DNA from: an uncultured Gemmatimonadales bacterium
Lineage (GTDB): Bacteria; Gemmatimonadota; Gemmatimonadetes; Longimicrobiales; RSA9
DNA length: 64,000 nt
Assembly: GCA_963798085.1 (NCBI GenBank)
Contig: CAWCRS010000005.1
Coordinates: 544,001 to 608,000, forward strand
Direction of reading: 5' to 3'
Below the pieces are notes generated by a model. That model worked only from the letters and a program-made list of their open reading frames with translations, was not told where the DNA came from and did not search any database. This document shows, piece by piece, positions 58,182 to 64,000 of this stretch; within the stretch, counting starts at the first letter, position 1; the number at the start of each line of letters is the position of its first letter. Both the position numbers and the translations under genes were made by a program.

Positions 58182-59929
58182 GCCTGCGCATCCGGCGCGT
58201 GTGACGCCGCGCGCTCCCGACCCGCGCCCGGGAAGCGCAGCACAAAGCGCGCGCCGTGCGTGCTGGTCGCGAGGCTCGCCGAGCCGCCGTGTCTCGCCAT
58301 GATGTCGCTCACGATGGAGAGGCCAATGCCGCTGCCCCCCACGCTGCGCGCCGCGTCGCTCGAGCCGCGCTCGAACGGCTTCCAGATGACATCGCGATCC
58401 GCAGCGGCAATGCCCGGACCCTCATCCGCGACGCTCAGCTGCAGCACGTCGCCATCCAGCACCCCCTCGACGCGCACAGTCTGCCCGCTGGGCCCGTACT
58501 TCACCGCGTTGTCGAGCAGATTCAGCAGTGCCACGCGGAACGCATCGGTCATCAGCGGCACACGGATCGACGCATCGATGTCCATGACCACCGAAGCGCG
58601 CCGCGAGCGCGCCAGCGGCTCGAACGCCGCCAGCGTCTGACGCACCTCCTCCGCCACCGCTGTGGTGCGCAGCGGCGCCACACGCTCCTGCCCGACCGAT
58701 GCGAAGCGCAGCACATTCTCCACGAGATGGTTGAGACGGGTGGCCTCGCGGTCCAGATGATCGAGCGACCAGGCACGCTCCTTGTCGGTGGACAGGCGGC
58801 CCAGACGCAGCGTGTCCAGATACAGGCGGATCTGCGAAAGCGGCGTGCGCAGCTCGTGCGACACCGCAGCCACGAAATCGGCACGTGTGCGCGTCAGCGC
58901 GGCCGCCCGCCGCAGCTGCTGCACCGCCACCACCGAGAGCGTCGCCGCCACCAGCAGCAGGCCGATCAGCAGCGGCAGCCGTGAGCGCGGCAGTCCGCCA
59001 ATCACCAGCATGTTCGCAACACGCGGTTTGATGGCGGCGCGCACCGTGAAGCCGCCCCAGGCATCGGGTACGTGGTCGTCACGATACGCCTCGATCCGAT
59101 CGGCGTCCGGATCGGAGCGGTACACCAGCTGGCCACGACGGTCCAGCACGCGCACGGCAATGAGATCGCGATTCAGATGATTGCGCGTGAGCGCGGGCGG
59201 CAGCAGGTCTTCCTGATCGATGATGCTGCCGAACAGCTCCATGACCGTGCGCGGCGCCAGCTCCACCGCGTACACGATCGTGTCGCCTGCGCTCCTCGCC
59301 ATGGGGCGGTACGCGAAGACACGCGGTCGACCCTGGAACTCGCCCACCACGATGCCGTACTGCCAGTCGACCGCGAACTGATGGCGCACCGCAGCGCTCA
59401 GCGTGTCGATCACCCAGCGGCGCTCCGCCGCGCTGTAGGGCGCTACATCGGGTATCTCTTCGCTCTGCCAGTGCCGGATCACCGCGGCCGTGTCCACGAT
59501 AACACCGTGCTCGCCGCGGTAGAGGTTGGGTACTACCGCGATCGTGTCCGCGCCCAGCGTGTAGCCAAGGAAATACCTGGCGGGATACTCCATGCGGTGG
59601 CAGAAACAACCGGCGGAATCCCAGGGCAGCATGTGCGCCAGCACGATCGCAGGAGGCACGTCGCTGCCTTCGTGCAGGCCGCGGCCGTGATTCACCGGGC
59701 CGAGCACACTGGCCGCCGTCGCAAACAGCGCGTCTTTCAGGTGCTGGCGAAAACTCCACGCCGCAAACGACGTGTAGTCGCGCAGCGTTTCCTCGGCCTG
59801 CCGGTGATTCTGGCGCACCGCCTCCTGCGCCTGGAACGCCGCGACCAGCACGATCCCGATACTGGCCAGCAGCAGCACCAGCGGCAGGGTCAGCCGGAAA
59901 CGCTCCGCCCCCTTCGGCTTCAGCTTCAT
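58178..59929 (-). CDS. Membrane sensor histidine kinase with large periplasmic domain
   Basis: Two TMs; VSHELRTPL, NLLDNAVKY, DEGPGI, GSGIGL; ATGA overlap with the regulator gene. Confidence 0.92.
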   Translation of the reverse strand: MKLKPKGAERFRLTLPLVLLLASIGIVLVAAFQAQEAVRQNHRQAEETLRDYTSFAAWSFRQHLKDALFATAASVLGPVNHGRGLHEGSDVPPAIVLAHMLPWDSAGCFCHRMEYPARYFLGYTLGADTIAVVPNLYRGEHGVIVDTAAVIRHWQSEEIPDVAPYSAAERRWVIDTLSAAVRHQFAVDWQYGIVVGEFQGRPRVFAYRPMARSAGDTIVYAVELAPRTVMELFGSIIDQEDLLPPALTRNHLNRDLIAVRVLDRRGQLVYRSDPDADRIEAYRDDHVPDAWGGFTVRAAIKPRVANMLVIGGLPRSRLPLLIGLLLVAATLSVVAVQQLRRAAALTRTRADFVAAVSHELRTPLSQIRLYLDTLRLGRLSTDKERAWSLDHLDREATRLNHLVENVLRFASVGQERVAPLRTTAVAEEVRQTLAAFEPLARSRRASVVMDIDASIRVPLMTDAFRVALLNLLDNAVKYGPSGQTVRVEGVLDGDVLQLSVADEGPGIAAADRDVIWKPFERGSSDAARSVGGSGIGLSIVSDIMARHGGSASLATSTHGARFVLRFPGAGRERAASHAPDAQA

Positions 59930-59936
59930 GTCAGGC

Positions 59937-60555
59937 TCAACAACCCCTGCGTTGCGCTCCCTCCACACGGGCACGGGCCGCGGCTTCGTCCACGGATTTC
60001 ATGGCAGGCGACGATGTTCGCCCCGTGTTGCCTTCCGCTGACGCCGTGCGTGGCATGCCGCCGAACCAGCGGCTGAGCGCCGCAATTTCGCGAAATGCCG
60101 CACTGTCCGCCGCACTCGCGCGACTCGGCAATACCGGCTCCATGATGACATTCGATCCAACCGGCCAGGCCACCGCGCAGCAGCAGCGTGTTTCGTATAC
60201 CGCGGGCCAGCAGCATCGCCTGCACGCTCGCGGCTTCTGCTTCACCATCGGAATACACCACAATGCGCTGCTGCTCTCCGAACCGGGCGTCGGGCAGGCG
60301 GTCCGGCGGCACGTTCTCCGCCATGGCGATGTGGTACTTCGAGAAGGACACGGAGTCGCGCACATCGATCAGACGCAGGCTCTCCCGGCCCGCCCGCAGC
60401 CAGCGCGCCAGCTCGATCGCAGCCACCGTCGCGCCAGGCGCTCCAGCCCGTGCTCCTGTGCCGATCGTGTCTGCCAGCAACGCACCCGTCGCCAGCAGCG
60501 CCGCAAGTACCGCCAGCACCTGCACAGCGCGGATGCGGCGCGGGCCTGCACTCAT
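59937..60555 (-). CDS. Membrane-anchored rhodanese-like protein with C-terminal RRGC tail (frameshift ~60151)
   Basis: N-terminal TM; LIDVR....F..YHI..A; VVYSDG (Ser at the catalytic Cys position); LRGG..GW; SRWFGG.P..RRGC. Confidence 0.75.
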
Positions 60556-61142
60556 GGCCGCAAGCCTCGACGTTCCAGCCACGCCACGCCGCCGAACATG
60601 AGCAGCGCCATGGCTGTCACGCCGAACACCACGACGCCCTGCGGCACGTGCCACAGCTGCGGCAGCGTGATGCCGCCCAGCGCCGTGCGCTCGTAGAAGG
60701 ACTGCAGTCGCGCGAACAGCTCAGCAAACAGCAGCACACCCGCCGCCATGCCCAGCATCACGGCGAGGCCGTCCCTGCGCCCGGTTGCGGCCGCCACGCA
60801 GGATGTGCCCGGGCAGAGACCCGCGACCAGGAAGCCCGCGCCGAACACCGCACCGCCCACGGCCTGCGGCAGCACCCAGGTGGGCGGCACGTAGATCCGC
60901 GCCACGTCGAGCACTCCCAGCCGGTCCAGCCAGAAAAGGCCCAGCATGGCGGTGACAATCGCCGTGAACATCACCTTCAGCACCGTGAAGTCACGCAGAT
61001 AGAACTGGCCCGCCAGCTTGCGCGCGCTGCCCAGGCCGCCCCGCTCCAGGAACCAGCCGAACGCCACGCCCACCAGCAGCGCCACCGCCAGCGATGCGGT
61101 GTCTCCAAACAGACTGTTACCCCACAGCGGCATCATGTCCAT
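60552..61142 (-). CDS. YeeE/YedE sulfur-transport family protein, half 2
   Basis: GVAFGWFLERGG, QFYLRD..VLKVMFTAI, GG.VFG.G...AGLCPGT. Confidence 0.88.
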   Translation of the reverse strand: MDMMPLWGNSLFGDTASLAVALLVGVAFGWFLERGGLGSARKLAGQFYLRDFTVLKVMFTAIVTAMLGLFWLDRLGVLDVARIYVPPTWVLPQAVGGAVFGAGFLVAGLCPGTSCVAAATGRRDGLAVMLGMAAGVLLFAELFARLQSFYERTALGGITLPQLWHVPQGVVVFGVTAMALLMFGGVAWLERRGLRP

Positions 61143-61711
61143 TGCCTCCGCACCAGCGGCGCCAGCGCGAAGCCGGCCGCGAACGCGGTCGCCATGAAGA
61201 TCCAGCTGCCCGGTGTGAGCAGCGCGCCCCCGGTCAGCGCCAGACCGCTGGTGCAGCCGCGCGCCAGTTTTGCGCCGAAGCCCATCAGCGTACCACCGGC
61301 AAAGCCCAGCAGGAGGCGGGACCGCTGACCGATGCGCGGGCCGCGCTCGGTGGCCAGCCGCACGCGCCCGGCCAGCCAGCCGGAGAGCAGCGCGCCCGCC
61401 AGTACGCCCACGATCTCGAACACCAGCCAGTCCGCCAGCGGACTGCGCGTGCTGTCGCCCAGATACGCCGCGTACGCGGGATTTGCCGCCGCATGCGCCG
61501 GCGCTGCCTCCTGCATGGCGGCGCTCACCGCCGCGGAGAACGCGCCCGACGCACCCAGCCCGCGGCCCATGATGAGGAACGCTGCCAGCAGCACGAGTCC
61601 CAGGCCGAAGCCCGCGAGGTACGGATTCAGATAGGGCCTCGCCATGCGCGTTGTCATCGCCGGGGGCGCCGGCTGCGCACGCGGCCGCGACCGCAGCGCC
61701 TGCGTGCTCAT
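61133..61711 (-). CDS. YeeE/YedE sulfur-transport family protein, half 1
   Basis: YLNPYLAG..LG, GRGLGASG, GG.LMGFGAKLARGCTSG. Confidence 0.88.
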   Translation of the reverse strand: MSTQALRSRPRAQPAPPAMTTRMARPYLNPYLAGFGLGLVLLAAFLIMGRGLGASGAFSAAVSAAMQEAAPAHAAANPAYAAYLGDSTRSPLADWLVFEIVGVLAGALLSGWLAGRVRLATERGPRIGQRSRLLLGFAGGTLMGFGAKLARGCTSGLALTGGALLTPGSWIFMATAFAAGFALAPLVRRQWT

Positions 61712-61733
61712 TGGCTGGCCTCCCCACCCCGCA

Positions 61734-62672
61734 TCACGAGCCCGAACCCTTCTCCACGGGGAGGTCCTTGCGTCGCACCCATTCCGTGAATGACCCGTCG
61801 TAGAGCAGTACCGGCTGCCCGATCATGCGCGCCGCGAACACCACCGCTGTCGCCTGCTGACCGACGTGGCAGTAGGCCACGACGGTGTCACCCGGTGCAA
61901 TGCCCTGCTGGTTGAACAGCGCGCGCAACTGGCTGTTATCCAGCATGCGCAGCGATTCGTCATTCATGGTGTTGAAGGGCATGCTCTTCGCGCCCGGTAT
62001 GTGCCCGTCCTTGCCGTTGTAGAAGTTCGGCGTGCGGGCGTCGACGATCGCGTAACCCTTCTGCCCCAGTCTCGCCTTCACCCAGTCGACCGTGACGACC
62101 ACGCGCTTCGTGGGCCGAGCCGTGGAATGACCGGGTTTCGGCTGCGTCTTCTCCGTCGTGACCGGATGGCCGGCGGCCTGCCACGCACCCATGCCGCCGT
62201 CGAGCAGTGCCACGTGGTCGCCGAGTCCCGCGTAATCGAGTGTCAGGATGACGCGCGTGCTCGGTGACACCCAGTCCTTGCCCCAGTACACGACGATGCG
62301 CGAGTCATCCGAGATGCCCAGCTTCTCGAGCGACTGGCGCAGCGTGCTGATCTCGGGCAGCTCGAGGATCAGGCCTTCGTCCATGTTCGCCGGGCGAGGC
62401 GCCGATATGTCCTCCAGCGTCACGAACTGCGCCCCCGCAATGTGTCCGGCGTCGAACTCGGCCGGGTCTCCGACATGCAGCAGCACCAGATGTGGATCGT
62501 TCTGCAGCCCGGCCAGCTGGTCGACTGTGATGAGCATACGCTCGCGCGCGCTCTGGCCGTGTGCGGTACCGGGAATGATGGCGCACCAGACAGCCAGTGC
62601 GGCCAGCCCCGCATTTCCTGCGATTCTCACGAACACGCCTGCCTCCCTGCCCGGGACATCGCCATCCGCCAT
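61734..62672 (-). CDS. Periplasmic tandem-rhodanese sulfurtransferase (start may lie slightly downstream)
   Basis: Signal-peptide-like LAALAVW..PGTAHG-Q; GHIAGA, LDGG..AW, GHIPGA, YCHVGQQA, YDGSFTEW. Confidence 0.88.
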   Translation of the reverse strand: MADGDVPGREAGVFVRIAGNAGLAALAVWCAIIPGTAHGQSARERMLITVDQLAGLQNDPHLVLLHVGDPAEFDAGHIAGAQFVTLEDISAPRPANMDEGLILELPEISTLRQSLEKLGISDDSRIVVYWGKDWVSPSTRVILTLDYAGLGDHVALLDGGMGAWQAAGHPVTTEKTQPKPGHSTARPTKRVVVTVDWVKARLGQKGYAIVDARTPNFYNGKDGHIPGAKSMPFNTMNDESLRMLDNSQLRALFNQQGIAPGDTVVAYCHVGQQATAVVFAARMIGQPVLLYDGSFTEWVRRKDLPVEKGSGS

Positions 62673-62825
62673 TCGACGGAGGCTGCTCGCTGAAAGGTAT
62701 GCCGCCGGCCTGCTCAGCGGTGGCGTGGTGTTGCCAGTGTTGTGAGGGATGTGTGAAGGCAGAAAACAGTCGAGGCCCGCCCTTCCGGGCGAGCCTCGTC
62801 CATTGCACGAGCGGGGTCGCGTGCG

Positions 62826-63215
62826 TCAGCTGATGGTCCAGGAACTCAGGTTCAGATCGTTCTCCACCGTGAGCGAGACAGTCCCGCCCGGCGACACCAT
62901 CAGGTTGCCGGTCGCGAACGTGAAGCGCGAGCCGATGGGATCGATCACGATCTTGAAATCACCCGACGTGGGGTCCACACCCGCCGGCGTCGTCAGCGAC
63001 TGCGTACGGCCGGTGTTCACTTCGCCCAGGCGCTGCGACACGCCGTGCGCGATCGCGTATACCACGACCGTGTTCCAGTTGTTGTTCTGCACCTCGACCG
63101 TGACCGGTGTGGTCATCGGCACGGGCGCTTCCGGCTGGCGATTGCGGGCGCAACCCGCGAAAACCATCGCGGCGAGGGCCAGCACACCGCTGGTACTCAG
63201 CATCCTGTTTCTCAT
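62826..63215 (-). CDS. Hypothetical lipoprotein
   Basis: GGAGGA RBS, lipobox FAGC, beta-rich V.V.NNNW..V.VY....RLG.V. Confidence 0.7.
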   Translation of the reverse strand: MRNRMLSTSGVLALAAMVFAGCARNRQPEAPVPMTTPVTVEVQNNNWNTVVVYAIAHGVSQRLGEVNTGRTQSLTTPAGVDPTSGDFKIVIDPIGSRFTFATGNLMVSPGGTVSLTVENDLNLSSWTIS

Positions 63216-63484
63216 CTATTCCTCCTCCACCCTGCGCGCTCCGGTCCACCTTCCTGGCGGATTTCCCGCGCGCTACCGTGTGCACGGGTCTCAGGTGCAA
63301 GCACCAGGCCGCGCGCAGGAACGGATGGAGGGAGGCGAGCATACGGTCCAACGCATTGTCGCACAATAATATGGCGGAAGCATGTGCGGCCGCCGGGCAC
63401 GGCTGGCGGGCGACGGTGTCCGCTATAGTGAGCGCGAGCCGTACCCTGCGGATCACACTCGGTTTGCGGAGCACACCCTCGGCG

Positions 63485-63925
63485 TCAGCCGCAGAGCACC
63501 GTTTGTTTGCGCCACGGAGCGTGGAAGGACCCGGTGATGCGGCCGGCCAGGAACTGCAGGTCGATGCGCCCCTCGACCAGCGCATTCTGATCGTAGCGAT
63601 CGATGCGCACGAAACCCGCAGTCGCGCTATCGCAGTCGCCGTTCTCGCTGCAGCGTATGGCACTGCCCCAGGACTGGGCCTGCGAAACCGTGAAGCGTGC
63701 ACCGGCCAGCGGGTCCAGCTGGCGCCAGATGCTCACGACGAGCGTGGGCTGCCGCGCGGCATTGTCGGCCGATGCGCTCATGCGCACCTCAATGGCGGCG
63801 CCATCCCATGGCGCGCAACTCGCGACGGAATACGCAATCGGGAATCCATCGGGTGGTGCGACATCCGATTCCGTGCAGGCCAGGGCCAGCATGGCCGCGG
63901 CGCCGATTCGAAAAAGACGGGTCAA
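63485..63925 (-). CDS. Hypothetical lipoprotein
   Basis: GGAGG RBS, TTG start, lipobox LAC; SCAPWDG, terminal LCG. Confidence 0.6.
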   Translation of the reverse strand: MTRLFRIGAAAMLALACTESDVAPPDGFPIAYSVASCAPWDGAAIEVRMSASADNAARQPTLVVSIWRQLDPLAGARFTVSQAQSWGSAIRCSENGDCDSATAGFVRIDRYDQNALVEGRIDLQFLAGRITGSFHAPWRKQTVLCG

Positions 63926-64000
63926 CCAGGCCTCCCGGTATGCTCGCGTCGGTGACTCCTCCCTGATGACGCGCCAGACGGGGCTTTCTGCACAGGCGAG

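Noticed and set aside
59931..59945. GGT TGT TGA GCC TGA read as a Gly-Cys-Sec-Ala selenoprotein tail
   Set aside because: No evident SECIS hairpin, the next gene starts 7 nt later, and TGA is the dominant stop in this window; a plain GC terminus is simpler
10845..60151. Programmed ribosomal frameshifts at the isolated break points
   Set aside because: No consistent slippery sequences; they hit unrelated enzymes mid-domain, as expected for sequencing indels
1..64000. CRISPR array, tRNA/rRNA, IS or prophage genes
   Set aside because: No regularly spaced repeats, RNA gene signatures, or transposase/integrase/phage motifs seen by eye

Overview
GC-rich bacterial chromosomal segment with about 50 protein-coding genes. 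Gene content (ADOP permease with PadR, TolB/TPR proteins, ECF-STK pair, many Tat/Sec lipoproteins) suggests Gemmatimonadota/Acidobacteriota; this is inference. I saw no rRNA, tRNA, CRISPR array or transposase. Scattered single-base frameshifts (~4070, 10845, 11536, 13086, 14990, 19502, 53738, 60151, plus a dense cluster at 46.2-49.3 kb) look like unpolished long-read errors. The main candidate for an undescribed system is the minus-strand gene run at 50765-59929. It encodes a two-component pair, an NTT/TLC-type (ATP/ADP translocase-like) transporter fused to HEAT repeats and a degenerate cNMP-binding domain, a stand-alone receiver, a sensorless histidine kinase, a signal-peptide-bearing atypical kinase (PI4KII/Fam20/HipA-like fold) and a signal-peptide-bearing Shewanella-like phosphatase. 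This could be an extracytoplasmic phosphorylation system with its own ATP supply. Other observations: (1) a shared ECF promoter motif upstream of a SigH/SigR-like sigma gene, msrA, a DM13 gene and a rhodanese gene; (2) a G-rich, G-quadruplex-capable dispersed repeat just downstream of three stop codons; (3) a 281-bp element bounded by inverted repeats; (4) a Tat-exported stand-alone LanC-like protein; (5) a GNAT-deacetylase fusion; (6) a YeeE/YedE-rhodanese sulfur module. All family assignments are from motif recognition by eye, not database searches.
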